Assembly (NCBI GenBank): GCA_965250285.1
Contig: OZ252299.1
Coordinates: forward strand, 2,816,001-2,880,000
From: Myxococcota bacterium
GTDB taxonomy: Bacteria > Myxococcota_A > UBA9160 > UBA4427
Length of the DNA: 64,000 nucleotides
Reading direction: 5' to 3'
Both the position numbers and the translations under genes were made by a program. Every line of letters starts with the position of its first letter. Within the stretch, counting starts at the first letter, position 1. The notes beneath the pieces were generated by a model that searched no databases, was not told the DNA's origin, and saw only the letters and a list, made by a program, of their open reading frames with translations. Shown here one piece after another: positions 42,291-57,590 of the stretch.

Positions 42291-43055
42291 ATGCCGATCG
42301 ACGACCTCTTCGACCTCTCCAACGACGTGGCGGTGGTGACCGGCGCGGGCCGGGGCATCGGCGAGGGCATCGCCCATGTGTTCGCCGAGGCGGGCGCGGC
42401 GGTCGTGTGCGCCGCGCGGCGCACCGAAGAGATCGAGCGCGTCGCGAAGGACATCCGCGAGGCGGGCGGTCGAGCGATCGCCGTGACCACCGACGTGACC
42501 AACGAAGCGCAGATCGAGGCGCTCGGCGACGCGGCGGTCAGCGAGTTCGGCTCGCTCGACATCTGGGTCAACAACGCCGGGGGCTCACCGGTCCAGTCGA
42601 AGCTCGTCGATCTGCCGATGGACGAATGGGAGGCCACGCTTCGCCTCAACGTGACCTCACCCTGGCTGTGTGCCCGCGCGGCCGCGAAGCGGATGGGCGA
42701 GCAAGGCGGTCGCATCCTCAACATCTCGTCGCGGGCCGGCTCCGACCCGGTACCGGGCAGCGGGCACTACTCGGCGGCGAAGGCGGCGATCAACAACCTC
42801 ACCGTCTCGCTGGCCCGCGAGCTCGGTCCGCGTATTCGCGTGAACTGCATCGAGCCGGGTGCCGTGCCGACCGAAATCATGATGCAGGCGCTCGGCCTGA
42901 AGGAAGAGAACCTGCCGAACCTCGAACGCAACCTGCGCCTGCCGGCCGGCCGGCTGGGCACGCCACGCGATCTCGGCGCCGCGGCGCTCTATCTCTGCTC
43001 GCCCGCGAGCGAGTGGGTCACGGGGGTCGTGATCCCCGTGAGCGGCGGCATGTAG
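42291..43055 (+). CDS. Short-chain dehydrogenase/reductase
   Basis: TGAGRGIG, NNAGG, YSAAK. Confidence 0.93.
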   Translation: MPIDDLFDLSNDVAVVTGAGRGIGEGIAHVFAEAGAAVVCAARRTEEIERVAKDIREAGGRAIAVTTDVTNEAQIEALGDAAVSEFGSLDIWVNNAGGSPVQSKLVDLPMDEWEATLRLNVTSPWLCARAAAKRMGEQGGRILNISSRAGSDPVPGSGHYSAAKAAINNLTVSLARELGPRIRVNCIEPGAVPTEIMMQALGLKEENLPNLERNLRLPAGRLGTPRDLGAAALYLCSPASEWVTGVVIPVSGGM

Positions 43056-43063
43056 CGCCGCGT

Positions 43064-44326
43064 TCAGGCTTCGTCGGGGACCTCGAAGCGCGCCTGGTAG
43101 TGACCGAGTGCCTCACGGCGCTCGCCGGCCTCGAGACCGAAGTCTTCGAGCCGGTAGTCGATGCGCCCCATGCGCCCACGCGTGCGATTCGCGAGATACG
43201 ACTCGAACTTCGCCTCGGCCGTCTGGCTGAACGGCTGGCCCGCCGCCGCGTAGATGCGCCGCAGCATGCCCATCTGATCGTCCATGAACTCGTGGAATCG
43301 ACAGTCGACGACCTGATCCTTCGGCACGCCGTCACGGTCGCTCACCGAGGCGTTCAGCATCAGCTCGATGCGGTCGGCCCAGTAGCGGCCGACGACGTGT
43401 GGGTCGATCGCGCCCACGCTCATGCGCAGGCCGTAGGCCCCGAGCGTCGCGAACGACGCCGTGACCCGCACGGGGTCTCGGTGGGTCTGCACGATCGTCG
43501 CGTCGGGGAACACCGCGAGCAGGGGCCCGAGCTGCTCGAGGTGCTGGGGTGACTTGAGAATCCACCGTTCGCCGCCGCGAAGCCACTGGAGCACCTTGAG
43601 CAGGCGCTTCAGGTACGCGTACGACGCCGTCTGGTCGGTCGCGCGATACCAGTCGCGATACGTCGGTACGGGATAGCTCGCCTCGAAGAGCATCGTCGAG
43701 AGATCGATGGCGAGCAGCTGCACCTCTTCGTGAATCTCGTGCGGCGCCATCTCGTGCATGAGCGGGAAGAGCGGAGCGACCCTGTGCAGAAAATCGCAGG
43801 CCTGCTGGCACGCTCTGATGCGGGGATCGTCCGGCGAGACCTCGCCGCGGGCGAGATCCGCCGGCACCGGATCCATGCTCTCCCAGTACGGCAGCGAGCG
43901 CAGCGCGGGATCCTGGGCGATCAGGTTGTGCAGATGCGTCGTGCCCGTGCGCGGCAGCCCGACGATGAAGATCGGCGCACGGATCTCTTCGCGCTCGATC
44001 TCGGGATGGACGCGGATCAGCGCTTCGACCCGCAGCCGCGATCGCAGCAGCTGCAGCAGCAGCTGGCGGGCACCGAAGCGGCCCAGCGCATGGAGCGGCA
44101 CTTCTTTCTCGAGCGCACTCGTCAAGACGCCCAGCGGCTCGAGGAAGCGCTCGTCGCCGAAGTCGTTCAGGCCGGTCTCTTTCGCGGCCGCGTCGAGCAG
44201 CCGCCCCGGCTCGAGCGAGACGAGGCCCCTCGCAAAGGGCGCACCGACCGCGTTCAGCGCCTTCATCGCGAAGGGCAAGCGGGGTCGGCGCCAGTCCTCG
44301 ATCACGTGCACGCCGGCTTCGTCCAT
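43064..44326 (-). CDS. Sulfotransferase family protein
   Basis: IVGLPRTGTTHLHNL, WILKSPQHL, THRDP. Start MDEAGV at 44326. Confidence 0.88.
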   Translation of the reverse strand: MDEAGVHVIEDWRRPRLPFAMKALNAVGAPFARGLVSLEPGRLLDAAAKETGLNDFGDERFLEPLGVLTSALEKEVPLHALGRFGARQLLLQLLRSRLRVEALIRVHPEIEREEIRAPIFIVGLPRTGTTHLHNLIAQDPALRSLPYWESMDPVPADLARGEVSPDDPRIRACQQACDFLHRVAPLFPLMHEMAPHEIHEEVQLLAIDLSTMLFEASYPVPTYRDWYRATDQTASYAYLKRLLKVLQWLRGGERWILKSPQHLEQLGPLLAVFPDATIVQTHRDPVRVTASFATLGAYGLRMSVGAIDPHVVGRYWADRIELMLNASVSDRDGVPKDQVVDCRFHEFMDDQMGMLRRIYAAAGQPFSQTAEAKFESYLANRTRGRMGRIDYRLEDFGLEAGERREALGHYQARFEVPDEA

Positions 44327-44520
44327 GACCGGAGGGCAGCCCAGGTCGGCGGCCGACGCAACCTCGACAGGCGGGGCTTCGGCATCGAGTGGGCGCCGCC
44401 GGTGCAGGAAAACGAAGAGGGGGCCGCCCCCAGGCAGCCCCCTCTCGATGCTCACAGATCCTTCACAGGTCTTTCCAGGATCTTCGTCGGTCTCGCATCC
44501 CCTCGACCGACGCGATCCCG

Positions 44521-44724
44521 TCAGACCGCGCGGACGTTCTGCGCCTCGGGCCCCTTGCGTCCCTGGGCCGCGTCGTACTCGACGGCCTGCCCATCCTGCA
44601 GATTGCGATAGCCGTCACCGACGATGTTCGAGTAGTGGACGAAGAGATCCTTGCCGCCGTCATCCGGCGTGATGAAGCCGTATCCCTTCTGCTCGTTGAA
44701 CCACTTCACATTGCCCCGTGCCAA
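44521..44724 (-). CDS. Cold-shock protein (CspA family)
   Basis: [15 protein letters not shown] (RNP1), DLFVHYS (RNP2). Probable TTG start giving 67 aa. Confidence 0.95.
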   Translation of the reverse strand: MARGNVKWFNEQKGYGFITPDDGGKDLFVHYSNIVGDGYRNLQDGQAVEYDAAQGRKGPEAQNVRAV

Positions 44725-45115
44725 TTGCGTCTCCGTCTTCCCCTGGCCCCTGCTTCGCCCGGACTCGTTCTGCCTGGCGTGCTTGCCCTGGTTTCCCTTG
44801 CTGGCGTTGTGCCCCATCCGACCCGGTGGGTCACGTTGGCCGGCGAACCCGACCAGCATATGCGGAGAGAATCAACGAGTGGTGGCTTTTCTCGGCGCGT
44901 TCCGGCGTTTTCGGTCGCTAGAATCGGGTCGAATGACGCGCTCGCAGCACGCGCACAGCCTCGCCTCGCACCTCGAAGCCGCCTCGCATGAGACGAAGGT
45001 CACGGCGGAACCTCGCGATTTCGGGTCGGTTTCGGGTTCGCGCGTTCGTGCGCAACGCACGCGGCATGGGGCGATCACCGCGGCCTGCCTGAACGCGCGA
45101 GACAATGCGCGTCGC

Positions 45116-49743
<4,628 letters not shown>

Positions 49744-49809
49744 CGGCGCCCTCGGCGCCGTCGACCTTCCATCGCTCCATCGCTGTGGAGTCGGTTGCCT
49801 GGCGGGCTG

Positions 49810-49925
49810 GGTGGGCTCTCTCGGGCTGACCAGAAAGTGACGCCGGGGCGGCTGCGGCGGCTCGCCCCGGCGTCAGGCCCCTGGTCGCCGGACCCTGAAG
49901 GGAATGCGGCTCATAGAGACCCACC
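49810..49925. other. Nested inverted-repeat element / candidate structured RNA or terminator
   Basis: Perfect 13-bp stem 49838-49850/49863-49875 enclosed by two further helices. Confidence 0.4.
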
Positions 49926-50314
49926 TCGACTGCGACCGTCGCCCCGGTCGCAGCCCCTCGCGCATCGAATGCTGGTGCCGGCGACGCAAGCCGACGAATC
50001 CAGCGCCGACCCCCTGCCCGAGCACCGAATCGACCGCTTCACCCCGATACGCACCAGATCGGGTCGACGAGCGTTCTCACGCTCGAGGATGCGAAACGGC
50101 CTTCGGGTCGTTGGCCCCGACGGCAGACGGGGCGCGCGGCAAGAAGCCGGGAACCGATGGCCAAATCACCCTACAAAGCACCGAGAAAACGCACACCCCC
50201 CATACGGGGGGGAGCGACGCATTCCGGTGTGCAACTCGAAATCGAGGTCGCTTGAATAAGGCGAGAACCTGAATTCGCAGACTCTGGCACGCTCGTGGCC
50301 AGTATCAGGCGGAG

Positions 50315-51274
50315 TCAGGCGCGGGGTGCGAGGTCACGGACCGCCTGGCGCAGGTCGCCCGCATGCAGAATCGCGAGCGCGGGTGTATCCACACCGGCCT
50401 CGACATAGGCCTCGATCTGCTCTCGGCAGTGCCCAGGTGCGCCGTTGATGATCAGGGCGTCGACCACGTCTTCGGGGATCGCCTCGAGGGCGCCGGCGCG
50501 GTCCCCTTCCTTCCACAGCTTCCACATCCCCGCGAGCGCGTCGCCCCGACCGAGCCACTCGTGGAACGCCGCATAGACCGGCACGTTCAGGTAGGCCGCA
50601 ACCGCACGGCGGCCGATGGCGAGCGCCGTCGCGCGGTCTTCGATGGGCAGCACGAAGATGCGTGCCGCAATCTCCTTGCCCTCGCCGCCTGCATGAACGA
50701 ACGGAACGACCTGCTTCACGTCTTCGGCCGAGAGCCAGTTCAGAATCGCGCCGTCGCCTTCGCGCCCCGCCAGCTTCAACATGCCTTCGCGCAGAGCGGC
50801 GACGAGAATCTTCGGCTGCTGCTCGAGTGCAACGCCCGAGCGAAAGCCCCGCACGGTGAACGTCTCGTACTCGTGGTCGACCTTCTCACCGGCCAGCGCG
50901 CTTCGAAGGAAGCGCACCATGTCGCGGGTGCGCTGGTAGGGCTTCTCGAACGGGATCCCGTTCCAGCGTCCGACGATGACGTCCGAGCTCGTGCCGATGC
51001 CCATGACGAAGCGGCCGGGCGCCGCATCGGCCAGGCTCGCCACCGACTGAGCCATCAGCGCCGGGCCGCGGGTGAACGCGGGAATGATCGCGACGCCGAG
51101 ACGCGCCGTCGGGGCCCACGCAGCCGCCATCGAGAGCGGCGTGAAGCCGTCGTGCCCATTCGCCTCCGACGACCAGAAGTCGGTGTAGCCGAGGTCGACC
51201 ATCTCCTCGAACCACTCGCGGTGAGCGTGCAGGGGCACCCCTGCCATCGGGATCGTCATGCCGTAGCGAGCCAT
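50315..51274 (-). CDS. LLM-class F420-dependent oxidoreductase
   Basis: GYTDFWSSE...DGFTPL, GRFVMGIGTSS, AALREGMLKLAG. Confidence 0.9.
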   Translation of the reverse strand: MARYGMTIPMAGVPLHAHREWFEEMVDLGYTDFWSSEANGHDGFTPLSMAAAWAPTARLGVAIIPAFTRGPALMAQSVASLADAAPGRFVMGIGTSSDVIVGRWNGIPFEKPYQRTRDMVRFLRSALAGEKVDHEYETFTVRGFRSGVALEQQPKILVAALREGMLKLAGREGDGAILNWLSAEDVKQVVPFVHAGGEGKEIAARIFVLPIEDRATALAIGRRAVAAYLNVPVYAAFHEWLGRGDALAGMWKLWKEGDRAGALEAIPEDVVDALIINGAPGHCREQIEAYVEAGVDTPALAILHAGDLRQAVRDLAPRA

Positions 51275-51311
51275 TCGAGGTCTCCTGGTGAGCGGAGGCG
51301 CCGCGCGCCCC

Positions 51312-53054
51312 CTACTTCTTGGCGATCTTGGCCCAGCTGTCGCGCAGGGTCACGGTGCGGTTGAAGACGAGCGCGCCGGGCTTCGAGTCGGGGTCGAGGC
51401 AGAAGTAGCCCGTGCGCTCGAACTGGCAGCCCTGCCCCACCGCCCAGTCGGCCAGAGACGGCTCGAGCTTCGCCCCCGAGACGACCTCGAGCGAGTCGGG
51501 GTTCAGCAGATCGATGAAGGTCTGCCCCTCGGGCGGACGTGCCGGGTCTTCGACCGTGAACAGCTTGTCGTAGAGGCGCACCTCGGCGTCGGCTGCGTGC
51601 TCGGCCGAGACCCAGTGGATCGTCCCCTTCACCTTGCGACCATCGGGCGCATCGCCGCCGCGGGTCTCGGGGTCATAGGTGCAGCGCACCTCGACGACCT
51701 CGCCCGACTCGTCCTTCACGACGCCGGTGCAGGTGACGAAGTACGCGTAGCGAAGCCGCACCTCCCGCCCGGGCGCCATGCGGAAGAACTTCTTCGGCGG
51801 GTCTTCGAGAAAGTCATCGCGCTCGATCCAGAGCTCGCGGCCGAAGGGCACCGCGCGTTTTCCCGCCGACTCGTCCTCGGGGTTGTTCACCGCGTCGAGC
51901 GTCTCGCTCTCGCCCTCGGGATAGTTCTCGACCACCAGCTTGAGCGGCCGCAGCACCGCCATGCGGCGCTCGGCGTGCTTGTTGAGATCCTGTCGAATCT
52001 CGGCTTCGAGCCGCGCCATCTCGATGGTCGCGTCGCTCTTCGTGACCCCGATGCCTTCGCAGAACGATCGGAGCGCCGCCGCCGTGTAACCCCGCCGCCT
52101 GAGCCCCCGCAGCGTCGGCAGACGCGGGTCGTCCCAGCCCGTCACGTGCCCGCCCTCGACGAGCTGCTTCAGCAGGCGCTTGCTCATCACCGTATAGGTG
52201 AGCCCGAGTCGAGCGAACTCGATCTGGCGCGGGCGCGCCGGCGTCTCGACGTGATCGAGCAGCCAGTCGTAGAGCGGGCGGTGATCCTGAAACTCGAGCG
52301 TGCACAGCGAGTGCGTGATGCCTTCGATGGCGTCCGAGTAGCCGTGGGCCATGTCGTACATCGGGTACACGTGGTAGTCGTCGCCCGTGCGGTGATGCGG
52401 CGTGTTCACGATCCGGTAGAGGATCGGGTCTCGGAACACGAGGACCGCCGACGCCATGTCGATCTTGGCGCGCAGCACCTTCTCGCCCTCGGCGAACTCG
52501 CCCTTCGTCATTCGACCGAAGAGCTCGAGGTTCTCTTCGACACTCCGGTCGCGGTAGGGGCTCGGCGTACCGGGCTGGGTGAGCGAGCCCTGGTTCGCTC
52601 GAATCTCGTCGGCGTTCTGATCGTCGACGAACGCGAGCCCCTTCTCGATCAGCTCGACCGCCCAGGCGTGCAGCTGGTCGAAGTAGTCGGACGTGAACTT
52701 GAGATCGCCCTGCCACGAGAAACCGAGCCAGCGGACGTCTTCCTGAATGCCCTCGACGAACTCGTTCGACTCGGCCGCCGGGTTCGTGTCGTCGAAGCGC
52801 AGATTGCACGTCGCGCCCGGATACTCGCTTGCGATGCCGAAGTTCAGGCAGATCGACTTCGCATGACCGATGTGCAGATAGCCGTTCGGCTCGGGCGGGA
52901 AGCGCACGGCGACTCGGTCGTGCTTCGCGCTCGCGAGGTCTTCGTCGATGATCGTCCGGATGAAGTCCTTGCCGCGCGCGGGCCCTTCGCCCTCGCCGGC
53001 GTCGTTCTGCTGCGCAGCGGCCTGCTTCGCCTTGTCGTCTTGGCGGTTCGACAC
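51312..53054 (-). CDS. glnS: Glutamine--tRNA ligase
   Basis: [62 protein letters not shown]. Confidence 0.98.
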   Translation of the reverse strand: MSNRQDDKAKQAAAQQNDAGEGEGPARGKDFIRTIIDEDLASAKHDRVAVRFPPEPNGYLHIGHAKSICLNFGIASEYPGATCNLRFDDTNPAAESNEFVEGIQEDVRWLGFSWQGDLKFTSDYFDQLHAWAVELIEKGLAFVDDQNADEIRANQGSLTQPGTPSPYRDRSVEENLELFGRMTKGEFAEGEKVLRAKIDMASAVLVFRDPILYRIVNTPHHRTGDDYHVYPMYDMAHGYSDAIEGITHSLCTLEFQDHRPLYDWLLDHVETPARPRQIEFARLGLTYTVMSKRLLKQLVEGGHVTGWDDPRLPTLRGLRRRGYTAAALRSFCEGIGVTKSDATIEMARLEAEIRQDLNKHAERRMAVLRPLKLVVENYPEGESETLDAVNNPEDESAGKRAVPFGRELWIERDDFLEDPPKKFFRMAPGREVRLRYAYFVTCTGVVKDESGEVVEVRCTYDPETRGGDAPDGRKVKGTIHWVSAEHAADAEVRLYDKLFTVEDPARPPEGQTFIDLLNPDSLEVVSGAKLEPSLADWAVGQGCQFERTGYFCLDPDSKPGALVFNRTVTLRDSWAKIAKK

Positions 53055-53110
53055 GGGATCCTTCGTCAGCCGGCGCGTGGTCCGGCGGGGGCGCGAGGTT
53101 CGGGGCTTCT

Positions 53111-54079
53111 TCAGGGGCGCAGCAGCACCCTACCAAATGCGGCGCGAGACTCGATGTAGGCATGGGCCTCGGCCGCTTCGGCGAGCGCATACTCACGGTC
53201 GATCACGATCTCGAGGTCGCCGCGCGCGACCGCGGCGAGATGCCGCTCGATCATCGGGTGCACACGGTCGGGCGCGAAGAAGAGCTCGGCACCGAGGAAC
53301 ACGCCGACAAGCGTCTTGTTCGCCGGCCGGAGCCCGGCGACCCGAGGCGGATCGACGTCGCGGCCGGCGTCGCCGACGGTCACGATGCGGCCCCGGTAGG
53401 CCGCGCACTCGATGCTGCGCTCGAGGGTGCGGCCGCCGACGCTGTCGACGACGAGATCGGGCCCGCGGCCGCCGGTGGCTGCTCGGGCCGCCGCCACGAA
53501 GTCGTCCTTCACGTAGTCGATGCCGTGGTCGAGCCCGAACGCCTTCAGCCGATCGAGCTTCTCGGCCGACGAAGCCGTGGCCAACACGGTGGCGCCGGCC
53601 TGCTTCGCCAGCTGGATGGCCGCCATGCCGAGCGCGCCCGCGCCGGCCTGCACGAGCACCGTCTCGCCGGCCTGCAGTCGTCCGAACTCGAACAGGCAGT
53701 CGTCAGCCGTGCCCACCGGGATCGGAACGGCCGCAGCCTTCTCGATCGCAAGGCCGCCGGGCAGCAGCCAGGTCGCGCCGGCCGGCACGGCCCGGCGCGC
53801 GGCGTGCGACCCGTGCACGTCGATGCACACGACGCGATCGCCGACCTCGCGGTCGTCGACCTCGGCGCCGACCTCACGGATCGTCCCGGCGCTCTGGTAG
53901 CCGACGATGTGCGGCCGCGCAGGCATCTCGCCGCCGCGGCGATTCAGCGTGTCGCCTCCCTCGATCGAGATGACCTCGACGTCGATCACGACGCCGTTCG
54001 GGGCACACACTGGATCGGGGACGTCCTCGTAGCGGAAGACGTCGGGATCCCCGGTTTCGTAGTAGACGGCGGCCTTCAT
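53111..54079 (-). CDS. NADPH:quinone oxidoreductase-like MDR protein
   Basis: Start MKAAVYYE at 54079. [28 protein letters not shown]. Lacks the structural Zn cysteines. Confidence 0.9.
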   Translation of the reverse strand: MKAAVYYETGDPDVFRYEDVPDPVCAPNGVVIDVEVISIEGGDTLNRRGGEMPARPHIVGYQSAGTIREVGAEVDDREVGDRVVCIDVHGSHAARRAVPAGATWLLPGGLAIEKAAAVPIPVGTADDCLFEFGRLQAGETVLVQAGAGALGMAAIQLAKQAGATVLATASSAEKLDRLKAFGLDHGIDYVKDDFVAAARAATGGRGPDLVVDSVGGRTLERSIECAAYRGRIVTVGDAGRDVDPPRVAGLRPANKTLVGVFLGAELFFAPDRVHPMIERHLAAVARGDLEIVIDREYALAEAAEAHAYIESRAAFGRVLLRP

Positions 54080-54237
54080 GCCCCCACGATATCGCAGGCG
54101 GCGAGGCCGAGACGACGCACCGGCCGAGCGTCGGACGAACCGGGACCCAGACGAAAGAACGCCCGCCGGGTTGCGACGGGCGGTCGAATGAGCTGCCGCC
54201 GGGCCACCCACAGGCGGGGCGGCCCGGCGGCGCTGGA

Positions 54238-54786
54238 TCAGCTGGCGTTGCGGTGACCTTCGCCGCCCTCGAACGCGTCGAGCAGCAGCCCGAGCGCGCG
54301 GGCGATCGTCGACCGCTCTTCGTCGTCGAGGTGCGCGAGCAGTCCCCCGTAGAGGGACAGGCCGACCTCGAAGATGCGCTCGGCCTTGCGGCGCCCGCGC
54401 TCGGTCAGCGTCACGAGCACACCTCGACCGTCGTTCGGGTCGGGCGAGCGAACGATCATGCCGTCCGACTCGAGCCGGTCCACCGTCTTCGTGATGCCGC
54501 CCGACGAGAGGCCGACCCACTCGTTGAGCTTCGACGGCGACATCGAATACGGCGCGCCGGCCATCACGAGCGCGTGCAGAGCCGCATACTCGGAGTAGTT
54601 CGTCCGCAGCGTGCGCAGGTCGTTCTGGTAGTTCTCCTGCACCTGCCGGGAGAGCCGGGCGAGAGTCATCATGATGGTCGCGACATCGAGGTCGGCGTCG
54701 CCCATCTCGTCACGGTACCGCTCGGGCACGGCCTGACGGCCGGTCTGCGGCACCACCTTCATGGGAGTACGGAGGGGAGCTGTCAT
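54238..54786 (-). CDS. MarR family transcriptional regulator
   Basis: SPSKL...LSSGGITKTVDRLE..G...R.PDPNDGRGVLVTLTERG. Confidence 0.92.
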   Translation of the reverse strand: MTAPLRTPMKVVPQTGRQAVPERYRDEMGDADLDVATIMMTLARLSRQVQENYQNDLRTLRTNYSEYAALHALVMAGAPYSMSPSKLNEWVGLSSGGITKTVDRLESDGMIVRSPDPNDGRGVLVTLTERGRRKAERIFEVGLSLYGGLLAHLDDEERSTIARALGLLLDAFEGGEGHRNAS

Positions 54787-54972
54787 GCGGAGCACCTTAG
54801 CGAGGACGGCTGCGATTGTCTTCTCAGGAAGGTAAATTTTCAGAGCAACTGCAGGAAGTTGCGGGAATCAGTCTGCCAGATTGCGCGCCCTCGGGGCGAC
54901 GCGCGGTTGGCGCGGCGCCTCAGCGGCGCGCGCAGGCGCGCACCGCACCGGCCCCGGCCGCGCATTCGCGGC

Positions 54973-55941
54973 TCAGCTGCCCTCCGAGAAGAACTGGGCG
55001 TACCACTTTCGGTACTGCGTGACCGGCCCATCGCCGTCGCAGAGTCGCGGTCGACGCCAGCACGCCTTGTTCTCCCAGATCGTCCGGTCGTTCTCGAACT
55101 GGTGGACGAGGTCGGCCACGATCTTCGTGGCGAGCTTCTCCTTGCGCGGGTCGCCCTCGGTCTTGACCGAGTAGGCGAACGACACGTCGGTGTAGTCCTC
55201 GTCGATCGGCGTGGCGGTGTTCATGAGCAGCGAGTCGATGACGCCGCCCTGGGTCACGTGCTGAAAGCCCGGCCCGTGCTCCATCGTCGTGAGCTCGCCT
55301 TCGGCGGTCGCGTCACCGGGCGCCTTCTGCGTGAAACGCGACGTGACCTTGAACGTGTGGCGATCTTCGACGACCTCGGCGGTCGGGATCGTCAGAACGC
55401 CATGAACGTACTTGAAGTGCGCTGCATCGACGCAGTTCTCATTCATGTCGAGCCAGCGCGCGCGCATGTGCCAATGGTGCACTTCGAGCGGACGCCAGTC
55501 GGCGTCGTCCACGCCTTCGAGCGCCGGGATCTCGTACGTCGGCGCGGCGTCGTCGGCGTGGTACCAGACGAAGACGATCCCATTGCGCTCGAGCACGGGC
55601 CAGCTCTTGATCTCGGCGTTCGGCGGGATGCGCTTCGCGTAGGGAATCTCGGTGCAGCGTCCGCTCGCGTCGAGCTTCCACGCGTGGAACGGGCAGCGGA
55701 TCGCGCGACCTTCGACGCGGCCGCCGTAGCCGAGGTGCGCACCGAGGTGCGGGCAGTAGGCGTCGAAGACGTGGGCTTCGCCCGCCTCGTCGCGCCAGGC
55801 GACGAGGTCTCGGCCGAAGTACGAGAGCGGCTGGACCTCGCCGGGGGCGAGATCCGCCGAGTACACGACGCGGAACCAGCCGTTCGGATAGGCGGGGAAG
55901 GGATAGCGGTCGCCGTCGGGGCTGCCGTCCGTCGAGATCAT
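54973..55941 (-). CDS. Rieske 2Fe-2S oxygenase alpha subunit (KshA-like)
   Basis: CPHLGAHL…CPFHAW Rieske ligands, ENCVDAAHFKYVH mononuclear Fe site, D..IWENK, CDGDGP. Confidence 0.9.
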   Translation of the reverse strand: MISTDGSPDGDRYPFPAYPNGWFRVVYSADLAPGEVQPLSYFGRDLVAWRDEAGEAHVFDAYCPHLGAHLGYGGRVEGRAIRCPFHAWKLDASGRCTEIPYAKRIPPNAEIKSWPVLERNGIVFVWYHADDAAPTYEIPALEGVDDADWRPLEVHHWHMRARWLDMNENCVDAAHFKYVHGVLTIPTAEVVEDRHTFKVTSRFTQKAPGDATAEGELTTMEHGPGFQHVTQGGVIDSLLMNTATPIDEDYTDVSFAYSVKTEGDPRKEKLATKIVADLVHQFENDRTIWENKACWRRPRLCDGDGPVTQYRKWYAQFFSEGS

Positions 55942-55993
55942 CGACGCGTCTCCTCGGCCCAGCGCGGGGCGCCCCCGAATTCAGCCCTATATC

Positions 55994-56007
55994 TGACGGG
56001 GCGTCAA
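55994..56007. promoter_or_regulatory. Palindromic TGAC-N5-GTCA putative operator overlapping a TTGACG -35-like hexamer (minus strand)
   Basis: tcTGACggggcGTCAag about 55 nt upstream of the Rieske gene start. Confidence 0.4.
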
Positions 56008-56210
56008 GTGTAGAGCGTGGAACCGTTTTTCGAGGGTTTCGGCTATGGTCGAGGCGCACGCCGCCCCCGTTCGACCGCTCGGCCGGTGCGTCTGCGTCCC
56101 CGCTGCCGACCCCCGGCCCGTCCCGCGGCCGGGCCTCTCTTCGGCATGCTGCGCGGGGCCGCCGCCGCGAGGCCGCGCGCAGCATCCAAGCCCCGGAGGT
56201 TCCGCCCCCG

Positions 56211-57461
56211 ATGTCCTTTCTGAGCGCCGAGCAGATCCAGCGGATCCGCACCGACCACGGCACCCCGGTCTACGTCTACGACGAGGCCACCCTGCTGACC
56301 CAGGCGCGCGCGGCGCTGGCGTTCCCGAACCGGTCGGGCCTGACGGTGCGATACGCGATGAAGGCGCTGCCGACCGGCGGCATCGTGCGCCTGCTCAACC
56401 GAGCCGGTCTGCACATCGACGCGAGCAGCGGCTTCGAGGCCGAGCGCGCGATCGCCGCGGGCGTACCGCCCGAGCAGATCCAGATCACCGCGCAGGAGCT
56501 CCCGAAGGATCTCAAGGGGCTCGTCGACCGCGGCGTGCTCTTCAACGCCTGCAGCCCGAACCAGCTCGAGGCCTACGGCCGGCTCTTTCCCGGCACCGAG
56601 GTGTCGCTGCGCATCAACCCCGGCCTCGGCTCGGGGCACAACAACCGAACGAACGTCGGGGGGCCGAGCTCGAGCTTCGGCATCTGGCACGAGAAGCTGC
56701 CCGAGTTGCTCGAGATCGCGAGCGAGTTCCAGCTGAAGCTCTCGGGCATGCACACGCACATCGGCTCGGGGGGCGACCCCGAGGTGTGGAAGCACTGCGC
56801 CACGCTGTCGCTCGACATCGCCGCGCGGATGCCCGACGTGACACGGCTCTCGCTCGGGGGCGGCTTCAAGGTCGCGCGCCTGCCGAGCGAAACCTCGGCC
56901 GACCTGCAGGAGATCGGCGAGGCGGTCCTGCCGATGTTCGAAGACTTCGAAACGCGCCAGGGGCGCAAGCTGCACCTCGAGATCGAGCCCGGCACGTTCC
57001 TGGTCGCGAACGCCGGCGTGATCCTCGCCAACGTAATCGACGTCGTCGACACCGGGGAAGGCGGCTACCACTTCATCAAGGTCGACAGCGGCATGACCGA
57101 GCTGCTGCGACCGAACCTGTATGGTGCGCAGCACCCGATCGACCTCGTGCCCGCCGACGGGGACACCGCGCGGCCCGTGCGCGACACGCTCGTGGCTGGG
57201 CACTGCTGCGAGAGCGGCGACATGCTGACCCCCGAGCCCGGCAACCCCGAAGGTCTGGCCCCGCGGCGCCTGCCTGCGGCTCGCCCCGGCGACACGCTCG
57301 TGATCGGCGGGGCCGGTGCCTACTGCTCGGGGCTCCAGGGCAAGAACTACAACTCGTTCCCGGAAGCACCCGAGGTGCTGCTCACCGAGCGCGGCGAGCT
57401 CAAGCTGCTGCGTCGGCGACAGAGCCTCGATCAGATCACCCAGAACGAGATCCTCGACTGA
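56211..57461 (+). CDS. lysA: Diaminopimelate decarboxylase
   Basis: YAMKA (PLP Lys), DASSGFE, HTHIGSG, LGGGF, EPGTFLV, GHCCESGD, GAYCS, YNS. Confidence 0.9.
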   Translation: MSFLSAEQIQRIRTDHGTPVYVYDEATLLTQARAALAFPNRSGLTVRYAMKALPTGGIVRLLNRAGLHIDASSGFEAERAIAAGVPPEQIQITAQELPKDLKGLVDRGVLFNACSPNQLEAYGRLFPGTEVSLRINPGLGSGHNNRTNVGGPSSSFGIWHEKLPELLEIASEFQLKLSGMHTHIGSGGDPEVWKHCATLSLDIAARMPDVTRLSLGGGFKVARLPSETSADLQEIGEAVLPMFEDFETRQGRKLHLEIEPGTFLVANAGVILANVIDVVDTGEGGYHFIKVDSGMTELLRPNLYGAQHPIDLVPADGDTARPVRDTLVAGHCCESGDMLTPEPGNPEGLAPRRLPAARPGDTLVIGGAGAYCSGLQGKNYNSFPEAPEVLLTERGELKLLRRRQSLDQITQNEILD

Positions 57462-57590
57462 CCGGAGGCGCCTTCCTCGGGCAGCCGAGCCCCGTCGCCC
57501 CTTGACGGCCACGAGGGTACGCGGTGCCATCGGGAGCCCGCGCGCGCACGTCTGCACGCGCCGGCGGCCGACCGGAGGAGCGAGCGCCCG

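Noticed and set aside
49795..50272. ORFs of 154 and 122 aa in the GH2-LLM gap
   Set aside because: No recognisable motif or RBS, Arg/Pro-rich composition, and they overlap the inverted-repeat element.
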